Of a stretch of DNA of 64,000 nt, positions 10,989 to 24,326 are shown in pieces. The notes under the pieces were generated by a model. It worked only from the letters and a program-made list of their open reading frames with translations. It did no database searches and was not told the DNA's origin. Each line of letters starts with the position of its first letter. The stretch's first letter is position 1. Origin of the DNA: Kudoa neothunni (Eukaryota > Animalia > Cnidaria); contig OZ199838.1 in NCBI GenBank assembly GCA_964304625.1, positions 11,557,608-11,621,607 of the forward strand, given 5' to 3'. The translations under genes were made by a program, and so were the position numbers.

Positions 10989-13900
10989 TTATAATTCGTA
11001 GACTACATCTTTGGGATGCCTTGAGTAAACCGCGATGCCGACAACCACAAAAATTGAAGCCACAATTGGTATTAGACCATAAATGCTAAAATAATTATAT
11101 AAATAACCGATAATTATATTTACATGTATGGGAAGAGGGACCTATTCAAAAGTTAAATATAGATAAGTTGATTTAAAGCTACGAGTTGATATTCTTCGCA
11201 GCTGCATGTTCTTGTTTCGGCTTACTATCTAATTTACATCGGATAATCTTATAAGATAATTAAAAATATATTACTAAATATAAATTATAGAAACATTTGA
11301 CAAACTTATTTTATATCTACCCCATTTCAACCATTTTTATAACTTTTTGAAAAATGTCATCTATATCGATGTTCTCATGTTCACTTCTTATTTGTTGTTC
11401 TTTTATTAACAATTGAGTAATTTTGTTTTTTATTTAATTACTAATAAGAATATAATATACAGAATATAATCGTAGTTATTACCCTGTTGGTTTTGGAGTC
11501 TTTGAATCTTTGTTATATATAAATATTAAAAATTGCAACATAACAAATATTTAATTTACAAGAAATTGCATAATTTTCATAATTAGAATAATCCTTCACT
11601 TTTACTGAAAATACATAATCTTTATCTTTTGACAACCCATTAATTTCAATGTCACATCCGTTGGCTGAACAGCCCTCGTCATCGTTACACCAAGTATTTG
11701 TTGATAATATTTGATCAGCAGATGTTTTCTCTTTCAATATGAATGGACATCTACTAGTCTTTTGTTTCCCATTAAAATCCACGCGAATTTTCAAATCGGT
11801 TCCGTCTTTATATTTATAACTAACAGATGTTTTTCCACTCACTAAATTCCGCTATATTCATTTAACTGCTGAATTTGTCATACCTGTGGTAATATTGTAG
11901 GTTTTAACCTTCATCCCATCTGATGGTTCCACAGTCATACTGTAGGTCTTTCCTAATTCCAGGTTAATTATTTGGAACTCACTGTCGCATTTGTTTTCGC
12001 AAATTCCCAATCTCTCACAAGTGGCCATATATGTTTTATCCGCTCCACCTTTTTTACCTAGTTTCTTGAGGTAAACTCTACAAATTGGTAAAGAGTTTTC
12101 AGTTTGAAATGGTGTGACTGTAACCGTTCTGTTAGTAATATTTGCATTATCATTGTTAACATTTAGATCGCTCCCATCGTCTAAACTGATTTAGATGTTG
12201 AGAATTTAAATTATATTTACTTGTTCTAAATATTGTTTTCTTGATGTACTTTTCACTGAAACCAAGGTTAGTAATTTCTACTGAAACTACGTAACTCGAT
12301 CCAGCCACCAAAGAACCAATGAAATAAGAAGCTTCACAATCAGTATTACAGTCAGTGCTTGGACATTTGGCTCTGGTTTCGATGGGAATGACATTGGCTT
12401 TATATATATTTATTGTACAAGCTGGAGCGGCATTAGCATCAACCTTGAATTTTTTGTAAGAATCTAGTCCAGTGAGTTTTACCCCTGAGCTTGTAATCTC
12501 AGTTAAGTTGAAGCCATTGTCATCTCCTACAAAATTTTAGCTATACGGTTGAAAAATTTGTATACTTTTGAAATATTGTTTGAATTGTTTGTTATCAACT
12601 CTTCTCCCAACGATTACACCAACTTTTTTAGATTCTTCCGTCAAACTAATAATACCATCTTGACAAAGTTGATAGCAAAAACCTTCAACATCTTTACATT
12701 TATTCAAAATAACACTTTCTTGGTCATCACCTTCATTGTTGACTTTAAATACTTTGACGTAACACATTTCATCATTGTAAGGACCAGATGAGAAACTTAT
12801 TTTTAGTTTTTTATGGTTTCTATCAACACCGCTGATGGAAAATATAATATCAGATCTCAAAGGAATAATTCTATTCAAGTATGTATTATTCATGTAATAG
12901 ATTATTCCTGGCCACATATCTGTGGAGTAAATTTTGTAATAACTCATGAATCTATCTATCGACAACGAAGCAGTTCTTGTTTCAATGTTGTCAGAATAAC
13001 TGGATAGATTTAAGCTATCTTTGAGAGACGAGCTGAAATCATCATTATTACCATCGACTTGGATTTCCCAATTTGCCACTGAGTTAGATTTATAGGAAAA
13101 ATTAATTTTGCCTTCTGTATGACTCAAACCATAAAATTGTTTATGTTTGTAATCTACCAAATAAAATTAATATTATAAAATAAATTATTTATTAAATTAT
13201 AAACAATTTTGTAATAGGAATTAATAAGTATGATTATTAATTACCCATTTTAATTGTGAAAACATTCCGTTGTTTGCATTTTTTTGCTTCTTCATCACTT
13301 GGGCCATAACAAACCAATACGTATCGATCAATTTTTGAATTGATATTTCCAATCTCAGCATTGTTAGCATCACCACCCATCAAGCAAAATTCATCATTTG
13401 TGTTCGATTTGCATGTCGGTTTTACGAAATCAGAGTTATCAAACTTTGATAATTTTAAAACACATTTAGTGTTAGCTGAAAATTGGGAAAGTGATATAGA
13501 GAAATTATCCTGCTCAGTCTTTCCTTTTGTGACGAATCCTTGATGAAGTTTCCCACGTCGGGTAAATGCTACAAATGTATTTACACATAAAATAAGATAA
13601 ATTAATTTTACCAGGAATAGCAATCTTAAATGGCTTTGATTTCTCTTCTACATAAATAGTCAGCCGATAATTAAAATTTCTGTTGTAATATATGTTCTGA
13701 AAATTAATTTCACTGCATTTTTTAATATTTGAATCATCGCTAGCACATCCAATACACGACTGCACTATTTCAGTAGGCGATGCTATATAAAATTATGATT
13801 GTAATATAATAAATGTAATTACTATTATTTCCTTTGTGCTTAGATAACTGATAATAGCAATTCTTATCGTTTGCATCGGTAATAGCGTTATTATGATTTA

Positions 13901-16900
13901 TTACGAGTAGGTTTTTCTTCGTATCATTTGAAATTTTAAATGTAATGCTCTCACCAGCTATATATTATTTATTAAATTTTAATTAATATTTGGTACCTGT
14001 TTTTTGATTATCAATAATTTTTACATTATAATTTCCATTCGGCACTATTCTGATACTATACGTGACATCGGAGTAAAGACCCTTGATAGTGAAAGAAGAG
14101 CTGCACGTTTTTACGCACAAATTATTATCTGAACATATGGCTGGAAGATAACCATTCTTAGAATCTTTTTCTTTCACGTAAATAGTGCATGTGTTTGATA
14201 CCGATGATGTAGTTGGAATGAATGTGAATCCATCTGTATTTGAAGTCACCGAGATTATTTTAGGTGAAAGGTTATTTGATTGAGCTTAGAAAGATAGAGT
14301 AAAGAATCAATTATTGTAAATAATACTTAGTTTGTGATAGAAATATTTTCTTAGCTTATAATGAGGTATGCTTGTTATGGTTGCCATGATATCATTAGGT
14401 AAATCAGCTGGTGCGGGTGGTATTTCCATATTAGAGAACGCGCAGGAGGGAGAAGAAACGTCTGACCTTCCGTTTTCACTAATCAATGGAGCATACGTAT
14501 TCCATATCTTCAACGAGCATGCAACCGGAGTGGACTCTGCAACAGATTGACCATCTTCATCCTTACTATTAGCTTCAAGGTTAATTTTGACCTTGTGCGT
14601 TTGCTCGTTAGTTTCCGCAGGAATATCATTTCCATGATTAACTAAATAAACATATTATATGAAAATATTTATATTATTACGAAAATAAATGTTGTTTTGG
14701 TAACCAATGATAGGAATCATTCCATGTTTAAGGACACGTATTTTTACTGCTTTTACGCTTGCTGGTATATTTCCGAAAGTGATTTCACTGCAGAGATTAT
14801 AAAAGCAGTTAACTCTGTTTTCACATCTGTTCGAAAAAAAATTATTTGAGGCTGAGAATGTTGCATCTATCCATTCAAAAGTGCATATTTCAGAAGGATT
14901 CTCATTGGTTAGTTTAACAGTGAGACTTCTAGGTCTTTTGCCAACAGCCAACTCGTAATAAAATCTACTGAATATAGGTGCGTGGGTTTTCACGAATGTA
15001 TTATCATAAAAATAATGGAAATCAAAATGATCAGGACAATCTATGTGATAATCCTCCGTAAGTTCACCCAACTGAACGGAATAGTGCCCAAAGGTACAAA
15101 TATTGTTACTGGTTGTTGTAGTTTCTGACGTACCGCCTTGTACTTGCGTATCCTTGTGAAATTTACACGACTGTGCACATTTGCTCGTTCCTAGTTGTAT
15201 TTTATCCCCATCTAGTTTTGCTATGTAATTAATTTCCTCGTAATCATCTTATAAAAGTTACACTTATCAATATTTATTTATATATTGTATTACCTATAAA
15301 ATAGGAAAAAACCCTCCCTATGTTGAATGTTTTTATTGTTGAAGTCGAAGTTGGAGGTAACTGACCAGGCTCCGGTGTGTCCTTCTGACCCTCCTCTCCC
15401 ATTCTTCCAGTTACAGGGGGTTGAGGAGTATTGACTGTTTCAGTATGCTTGTAAGTAACAGAAATATAATTTAATTTCCGCTGAGAATTAAGGCTAATAG
15501 CAAATTCATTTATAAGCTGATCGCACCGTTTTTTTAGTACGTCACTATTTCCATCAGCACTCTCATAACCAGACAAATCAGAGTTGGCTCTTTGCACTAT
15601 GCAATCATTATCAGATACGTTGGCCGGTTTACCTTTAAACTTAACCTTGTACCCACTAGACGATGCGTCGTATCTTAGAATCATACCATCGGTAACTTCT
15701 TTTTCGTTTACTAAAAATAATATATTGAAATCTGGCTTATAATTATAACAACTTGTTATTTCTTTCTCAACTGGTTTAGCTTTATCTTGATTTATCACAA
15801 TGATTTTATAAGGAAAACCAATGTTAAGTTCGGTCCACTGAATTTCAAACGTATTTGTCCCAGATACAGCTACAGTTTTTTGACAATTGCCATTCAAACA
15901 ATCAATAATTATTTGGTTGGATGTTTTTTCAACAAGAAAATAAGCCCATGAACTTCCTAATGACGTTTCTGATGAAGCGGTCATGCTAAACGTCGTCTTT
16001 CGACCATCAGCATCATCTACTGAAGAGACGGTGAATGCCACTTCATTAGCTATTATAAAATAAATAATTTTGCGTATCTATGATATTACTTTCTACTCCA
16101 TCACTTTCGGCACATGTATATCCCTTTGTACATAGGGTTATTTTATATGTTGTTTTTGGATCGAGGTTAATAATATTGAAAGTCTTAGTACAAATATCCG
16201 AGCAGAATTTTTTAGTTTCATTTATTTCGCAAGTAGCAGGATATTTGGAGGATAAATCCCCCACTACCGCGTAGTAAAGTTCACACTCTGAGCCTGAATG
16301 AACTCCACTTGGGAAAAGATTAGCTGGATTTAGAGTTAATTTTGTATGTGCGTTTGCAACAATTGATGGAGTAAGATTATTATTGTTAAATTTAGTTCCT
16401 ATCTTACATTTAAAAGACAATTATTTTATATGAATACCTTCGGTTTTGAAATAAAAATATCTGTGATAATATTCTACTTCAGGTGAATCTAAGGTGGTGA
16501 GTCCAGTTATTTTAATTTTTAAAACATATTCTGTTAATGGCTTAAGTTCTGTAATTGTGATTGAGTTAAAATTCTTGCATTGAATCACTGCTGTACAGGT
16601 TGGATTTACGCCATCAGTTTCAACTCCAAGATATTTTTCTACAATTTTCATTTCAGTAATTTTAGATTTACTTTCTACGTCGGCGGTGCCCTCATTTTTG
16701 TTCAAAGCGGATAAATCAATAGTGGCTTGATTATTATTATTATTGTCAAAGGTTACACTAGGCTGGGTAGTAACGACTAAACTAAACTAAAATTAAATTT
16801 TTTTAAATATATTACATGTCACGAGCTGAATAAACTCTTTTGGTGTTTGGTTTACTTGAGACACGACAATTACTTGAGCAAACTTCAAATCAGAGTCATG

Positions 16901-17836
16901 CTGGAGGGTAGCTTTGTAGCAAGGTTGTAAACATGGTCCAGCTTTTCTCATATCTGAACAATGAGACGAAAAATGAGACTCGTTTATTTCTTTTATTCCA
17001 AAGTAACAAATTTTTGATGGCTCTGGGTTTTGGAGTGTTATAGTGTAATAATACTTTCCTCTCTTATCTACTTTCGATCCAGTTGCGATAAACCAATCCT
17101 GACTAGGTTTTTCTGGATTCAGGAATATTTGAGGAGATCGGCTGGTAAACTCAACAACGGACGTAATTCGATACGAAAGGGAACTTAATTTAAGAGTTTT
17201 CGTAATAAATTTATTATCTGACGCTACATTAATTTTGGTTGTGCCATCAATAGACCTGAATTCATCATTTAATTTGCTTTTGATGGATATATTAAATTCA
17301 TTATCTTCCTTTTCTGCTTTAATATCAGTTTTTATGTAAATATCTATAATTGTTTTCAAAAGAATTATTATAAATAAAAAACACCTTTGAGTGGGTACAC
17401 TCTTTTGTTAATACACTTTTTTACCTCTGTATCGTCCTTTCCTTGACACCACCTTACAAACTTTATTTTGTCCATTTCTTTCTCATTTATAGTAAAGTCG
17501 AGTTTTTTACAGTCATGGAGACACAAATTTGAAGTTGGATCCAGGGTTGAGCTTGTCACAACAGTGGTACATGCTGTAAATGCCTTTAAGGCTGATTGAT
17601 GTCTATCATAATACTGAAATGCACATTTTCTATGACTATTCTCAATATTGTATCCAGAAATTAAAATTTTGTATCCTTCTTCATTATTTAAATAAAGTAA
17701 CTTTAATACATTGTTGTCAATATTATTTTTAATATTTTCATCAGAATATACTAAAAAATAAATAACAATCGAGATTTTAACATAAAATACCTTTAAAAAT
17801 AAAGATATATTTTATAAAAACATATGTCAGTAACAT
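10989..17836 (-). CDS. Gene B: large type I membrane protein with ~15 exon-encoded Cys-rich FN3-like modules (~1945 aa, 22 exons, two nested introns)
   Basis: Exons: 17836-17791, 17750-17385, 17343-16816, 16776-16438, 16398-16090, 16049-15753, 15710-15294, 15247-14681, 14641-14327, 14284-13997, 13957-13823, 13782-13612, 13568-13245, 13153-12566, 12526-12221, 12180-11884, 11841-11560, 11507-11484, 11399-11322, 11228-11183, 11141-11124, 11085-10989. They total 5838 nt with no internal stop seen. Signal-like N-terminus MLLTYVFIKYIFIFKVYS. TM IIYGLIPIVASIFVVVGIAVY followed by SRHPKDVVYEL*. Confidence 0.85.
11229..11321 (-). other. Predicted [D1,2] spliceosomal twin intron (gene B, second)
   Basis: ATG G | G | gtagat...ttag (11320-11274, 47 nt) | taata...ttag (11273-11229). 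This gives a new GTAATA donor, a 46-nt outer intron and an in-frame GAT AGT AAG. Confidence 0.75.
11400..11483 (-). other. Predicted [D1,2] spliceosomal twin intron (gene B, first)
   Basis: ACA G | G | gtaata...ttag (11482-11441, 42 nt) | taatt...aaag (11440-11400). Removing the inner intron creates a GTAATT donor for a 42-nt outer intron and restores the frame (GAA CAA CAA). Confidence 0.75.
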
Positions 17837-20800
17837 AACGAGTTTCTGAATGTTTTTAGTCGTTAGACGAAAAATTATACCAATTTATTACTCTAATACT
17901 CGATTGTTATCATTTAAAAGGAGAAAAATAAATCCTATTAGGTATCTTAACAATAGTTATTAAATTCATCCATATAAATAATTTCTTGATTGTATTTCTG
18001 ACAAAGAGAAAAGAAACTATATATTTTTTACTGACTTAACAAAAAAATTGGATTCCTTTAACTTAACATGAAGTAAGTTTTGGAGTTGTATTCATCTCGA
18101 AAAGGAGTCCAAGTCCTTTAATATTTTAAGATAAATATTCACCTTACTTCCAATATTTAATCCATAGCTGGTTTTCGTTGCTTTTCGGCTCTGGCATATA
18201 ACCGCCATAAAAACTTTCATTGTTTTTAAAATTTTATTTTTTTTTAATAACAATTAATGAATTCATTTCTAATTTATTACTACAGTATAATTATAGTTAA
18301 TAATGTATTTGTAAAGATATGATAATAAATAGCTCATACCATGTGCTTAGGTAATAATGCAACGAAAAATTTATGATATTAGTCTCTTTGAAGAGTATTT
18401 TTGTAAATTTAGAAAAATTATATTTAGTTATATGATATAAATTTAACTTAAGAATTACAGACTTATCTAAGATAAGTTATAACGGAAGTAATGCGAGGCC
18501 AAAAAAGCAACGAAGAACGACCAGCATGCTAAATCCTAATAATCCCACATTTGTTAATTGAGAGATGAGATATAGGAATTTAATCGACGCAGTTGATGAC
18601 ATTGATAATAACAAAATAAAACTGAATTTTCAATCCGACACCAACAAATTTATTTTTTCACTTTCTGGATACAATATTGAAAATAGTCACAGGAAATATG
18701 CTTTGCAGTATTATGATAACTTGGATTCTTCATTAAAGGCTATACCAACCTGTACCACTGATATAAAAAATGCTAAGGCTAAACTTGACGAAAATTCAAA
18801 AAAATGCATTTATGATTGCAAAAAAGTCGAAATAAAATTTGAGTATGATGCATTTAAGAAAATTAAATATTTAAGATGGTGCCTTTAAATTCGCTCAAGT
18901 ACTTGTAAAATCAGCCGTGCAATCAGCATCAAAAGAATTTATTCAGACAGTGACATGTATTCAGTTGAGCAATTTCAACTTTTTTATAATATTTTAGTTG
19001 GTAATAGTCAACTTTCTGTTACCCATACAAATAAAAATGAAGAAATAACCCTTGATTTGTCTAAGTTGAATAAAAACGAAGATAGCACTGTAACGAATGG
19101 AGGTATTATTACAGAAATCAAAATAATGGAAAAACATTCGAGGATCGAAAGCTTTGGAGAAGATGCAAAATGTAATGGTGAATGCAAAGAATTCAAATTG
19201 GAAACTATAATGGAACTTACACCGTTAACTGAATACATTCTAAAAATTGAAATAACAGGATTAACAACATTAGATTCACCTGAAGTGAAACATTATCATC
19301 GATATTTTTATTTCAAAACCAAAGGTAATTTGATGCTTAAAGATTCGTTTAAATATTTAATTAGGGAATGAATTTCAAAATGGAAAAGAAATCATAACAT
19401 CGACCACTACCGTAAAACATACATAGTTATCCCAGACTGTCGCCGATCTCTTTGCAACCGGATCTAATAGTGGTGCCATATGTGAACTGTACTACTTTGA
19501 AGATGTAACTAACCCCTCAAAGTTCCCAGCTACATGCGAAAAAGAAGATGAAAAAGCATTTTGTTCTGATATTTGTGCTGGTCCATTTAAAATTGTAAAT
19601 CTTAACCCAAAAACGAACTACAAAATTACCGTTTGCTCCAAAGGTTATACTTGTGCTAATACCTCTCAGATTACTAGTATTTTATATTATAATAATAAAA
19701 CAATTATTTTAAATAGCTAATGGAATCATTGTAAGTGTAAAAAAGTCAGATGATGTTAACGTACAGAAAGTGACTGTCACCATGTCCACTTCTTCAAGCG
19801 GAAGCCTTGGAAGTTCCTGGAATTTTATGATGATAGAAAAGGAATCTTTGGAAACGATAGTTGATTGTTTGAACAACGATTGTTCTTCCATTGTAACCTC
19901 AAATACTATTAATTTTCAACGGGAAACTCTTGCTGTTGATATTGCTTATGAAATAATTGTAATTAATAAAGATTATGCATTGCCAACGAAAATTGAAATA
20001 TTAAGTAATTAATTTAAAGAATAATATATCTAATTATTTTAGGAGGATCAATTGAGAGTGATCAAAATATGACCGTACGATTTTATTCAAAAGAACAAAC
20101 GTATAAAGTGAAATTCAAAAGTGATTTATTCTCCGACAATGTTAAACAATGTACAGTTAGATTATCCAATGATAAACTCACTAATTATGTGGGTGTCAAA
20201 AGTGAGACGGTTGTTCAAAAAAATTGCAATGAACTTGTTGGAGAATATCCTATTGATCATAATAATCAAAATAAGCGACATTATGTTTCTGTCACTTAGT
20301 CAGAAATTAAAAAATTTGATCCTTTTGAATCATGGGAGGCTGCAATATATACTGTTAAGGCAATTATCGACAAAATTTTTAGTAGTGTTTTTAACGATAT
20401 TGCCAATAAATCTGCTCAAAAGTCGCAACCAACTAAAACAGAAGCAGGTTCAAAATCAAAACGAACCACCTTCACTGTAGGGAGGGTATTTTCGTACTTC
20501 ATAGGTAACATTAATTGTGATAATTACTTTAACTTGTTTAAGATCATTATGAGGAGATAACGCATACGGCAACATTGTATGAAGACAAAATCAAATTTTC
20601 CGTAAACAAGTGTCCATTAAGCTGCAATGAATACATGGATGAAAAAAGCATAGGTTCTTTCACCGTAGTTCAATCTGGAAACGATTGTAACCCTGGCAGT
20701 GGCACTATTCAATTTGGCGAACTAGTTAGAGACTACTACCTAAGTTGTCAAAAATATTTCGACCTCCACTATTTCTATGAAAATTCTTTTATTAAAAATA

Positions 20801-23800
20801 ATGCACCCGTCTTTAGCAGATATTACTACGAATTAGCGATAAATGATGTAAATAGTAAACTCACCATCAAATTGGTTAACGAAGAACCTTCCGAAATATG
20901 CACCTTCGAATGGATTGACGCAACTAGCTCATCACCTAATAGATTTTTCTCAAACACTTGCGAGAATAATTTTAACTGTCTTTTCAGTTTATGCAGTAAT
21001 GTTACGTTTGGAAATATTCCAACACGTGTAAAGGCAGTAAAAATACGCGTTCTCAAATTAGGAATGGCACCTACTGTTGGCTACCAAAACAACATTTATA
21101 TATGTAATAGTTTTATTAATGTATAATATTAATAAATATTTAAGTAAAACATGGGAATGATTTTTCTGTGACTAGCTCCGAAGATAGTAAAATAAAAATT
21201 AACATTGTTACTAACAACAAAGATGAAGATGGTGCAGCAGTAATCGGCGATTCTACCGCAGATTGCGAATTGAAGATCTGGAATGCGTATGCTCCATTAG
21301 TCAGTGAAACAGGGAGGAACGCATCTACCAATTCAACTGGATGTATTTTTGGAGAAATAAACGTTACACCAAATCCAACTGATTTGCCAAACGATGTTAT
21401 GGTAACAATAACAAATATACCTACCCAATTATTCACCTAGAAAATACTTTTACCATAAAATAAGTAATTCTTCATAATTTTAAATTGTATAATAAATAAT
21501 TTAGCTCAATCAAATTCTCTTACTACTGAAGAGATTTCAATTAATACAATTGCAGATGGATTCACACTTACTCTAAAGTCTGAATTAGGAAAAATTTGCA
21601 AAATTTACATAAAAGAGAATACTACGCCTTATTATCATCCTGCTATATGCTCGCAAAATAAATTATGCGTGGATAAATGCGACACGCGATTTAGCATCAT
21701 TGGGTTGCATTCGGATACGAATTACGATATAAAAATCGTACCTAGTGGAAACTATGCGATTAAAATCATCGAAAATAAGAAAACAAGTAAAAAGCTTCAT
21801 TTATCGCTAATTAAATTTTAAATAGCTGGAACTACAATTGAATTCCATATTTCAACACAATCAACAAAAAACAACTTAATAATAACACCAATACAAACAA
21901 TTAGTGATGGTAGTACTACTAATTGTTATTATCAATTATATGTACACGGAAAAGAAGACAGTAATAAAAATAATTTTACTTTTGTAATTTATATTTAGTC
22001 GCACCAACACGTATACAACAGTCTTGCGTCGAATGCGATAAGGGAACAAATAATGATCATAATATCAATAACAAAAAGTGCGACAATATTCGGTTTGATC
22101 ATACATTCTATAACAACAGGTATAATTACAGATTATTGATTTATGTAGAGGGAAAATCTTCATTGTTTAAAATCGCGATTCCGGGTAAAATTAGTCTAAT
22201 TTTTTATGTAATATTTTGTTAGCTTTTTCTCGAACTGGGAAACTTACACAAAAATTTATACAACGAAATCAAGATAAAATTGAAAAGCTATTTATTTTGT
22301 TATCAGATTTTCCAAATAATAATAGATGTGCTGTAAAAATATCAAATTTGGAGGAGAGTCCTGAATTAATTAAACCATCATGTGCTTCAAAGGATGACAA
22401 AAATTTTGTCTGGTGGCATGTACAGAAACAAACGTTGATATAGGGTATGTTAATTCTAAAATTGATCGATACATATCAATTTGTTATGGAATAACTGATG
22501 AAGACGCGAAAACCTGCAAAACGGCTAGAGTTTTCTTGACAAAAATGGGTAAGTCTATAATTATTATTATTATAAGTGATTTTTTAATCGTTAATCTTAA
22601 AAAATTAAAATCATTATTTTCTAAGACAGTTGATGTAATTATAGAGCTTTTTCAATTAATTTTTAGGATCTACTCAAAAAAACACTTACATAATAAATCA
22701 TGGTGACGGCGAAACAAAGTTTACTTACAAACCAATATCGATAAATAATTGGATGGTGTATGTCGATGAAAAAATTGATTCAGTTACCAACATTGAAAAA
22801 GATAAGTTAAATATAGCAAGTTACTCAACTGAAATAGAAGATAAGATCGCAACTTTCTCGGTCGATAGATATATGAGTTATTATAAAGTTAACTCAACAC
22901 TTATGTGGCCTGGAATATTCTATTTCATAAATACCACCATACTGAATAGCATTATTCCTCTAAAATCAGAGGTTATATTTTCTATAACGGCTGTTGCAAA
23001 TAGGAATAATCAAATTAAAATTAAATTCTCCCCCGGCCCGTATAACGATGAAATGTGTTGTATAAAAATATTCAAGGTGGATGATAGCGGTAAGGATCAA
23101 TTAAAAATTTTTTTGAATGTGTGCGATAACCCTGAGGAAGGATGTTACCAACTTTGTCAAGATGTAATTATTAATTTGAAAAAAGATTATCAAAAAATTG
23201 GCGTAATTGTTAAACGAAGATTTGATTCTGATGGATTTAAACAATATTTTAAAAATAATATTAAATTTTTTTCAAATTTAATTTTTCATAGGAGGAGACA
23301 AAAACTTCGATTTGCGTGAAATCACCGATTCTGGAGTTACACTTATTGGTCTAAACAACTACAACAGTATTAAACAAGGAGAAAATGAACAAACGTGCAC
23401 CATTAATATACGCAGATCCAACACTATATCTGCTGAAACAACAGCTCGATGCAGCAATGGTGATTGTGACTTTAAATGTAGTAGTTCGTATTCGATCATT
23501 GGTCTTGCTGCTGGGACAAATTATATAATTTCAGTAACAATTACAAGCCTTGGTTTTGTTGGATCTTATGTCAGAAAAGTTTCTTTTAGAACAAGTAAAA
23601 TTTTATTACAATCCTCATAACTTATACATAATATCTAGCTGGTGGAACTGACTCGGTTGCATCAGAAGCTTCAGATTTAGCGATTAAAGCAGGCAACGCT
23701 ACTTTGACACCCTTTCAAGCAGATAATTTACTTCCAATATGCAGAATTTACCTTAAAAGAAAGGATGAAACGTCTCCAAAATTTATGGCTACATGCGACG

Positions 23801-24326
23801 GAATTGGAGCTTGTGAAAATAGATGCGGCAGTTCGTTTAAAATAGTAAACCTTGAATTGGGTGTTACTTACGAAATAATTGTGGAACCATCATATGGAAT
23901 AAAGGAAAAAAAATTTGATATTACAACAGGTGAGAAATATTTTCTCACCTTATAATAAATGAGTTAATAGCTAACGTCAAAACAAATGTTGCGATAACAT
24001 ACGACAAAGAAAGTGATATAAAAATTAAAGTAAACTCTGATAATAAAGAAGGTACCTCAAAATGCCCATTCATGCTACATGAGAAAACTGATGCAAACAA
24101 ACCGGAGCCCATAGTTGTATGGTGTAGTGACGAGGAGGATTGTTCAGCCAATGGGTGTATTATCAGTCTCAATAAGTTATCGAAGGAAAAGAATTATAAA
24201 CTAAGAGTGAAAGTGAAGGATTTATCAACCTATAATATTCACGAGATTCCATGTAAATTAAAATCCTAAAATGTAATAACTTAAATACTTTTTACGATAA
24301 AGACTTGAAAATTTCAAAGTTGCAAG

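Noticed and set aside
10989-11006. ITIM mimic in the tail (VVYEL)
   Set aside because: An ITIM needs YxxL/V; here L is at Y+2 and terminal.
13154-13244. The 91-nt intron of B, and longer FERRY3/PHKG/importin introns, as further twin introns
   Set aside because: They splice in frame as ordinary GT-AG introns with no extra G.
16438-16520. Gene conversion between B and C at ITGLTTLDSPEV..YHRYFYFKT
   Set aside because: The peptide is conserved but the codons differ at many third positions, which points to purifying selection rather than recent conversion.
18886-20299. Stop-codon reassignment or readthrough explaining TAA/TAG in gene C
   Set aside because: C also has frameshifts and a lost splice donor, and neighbouring genes end normally at TAA, TAG or TGA.
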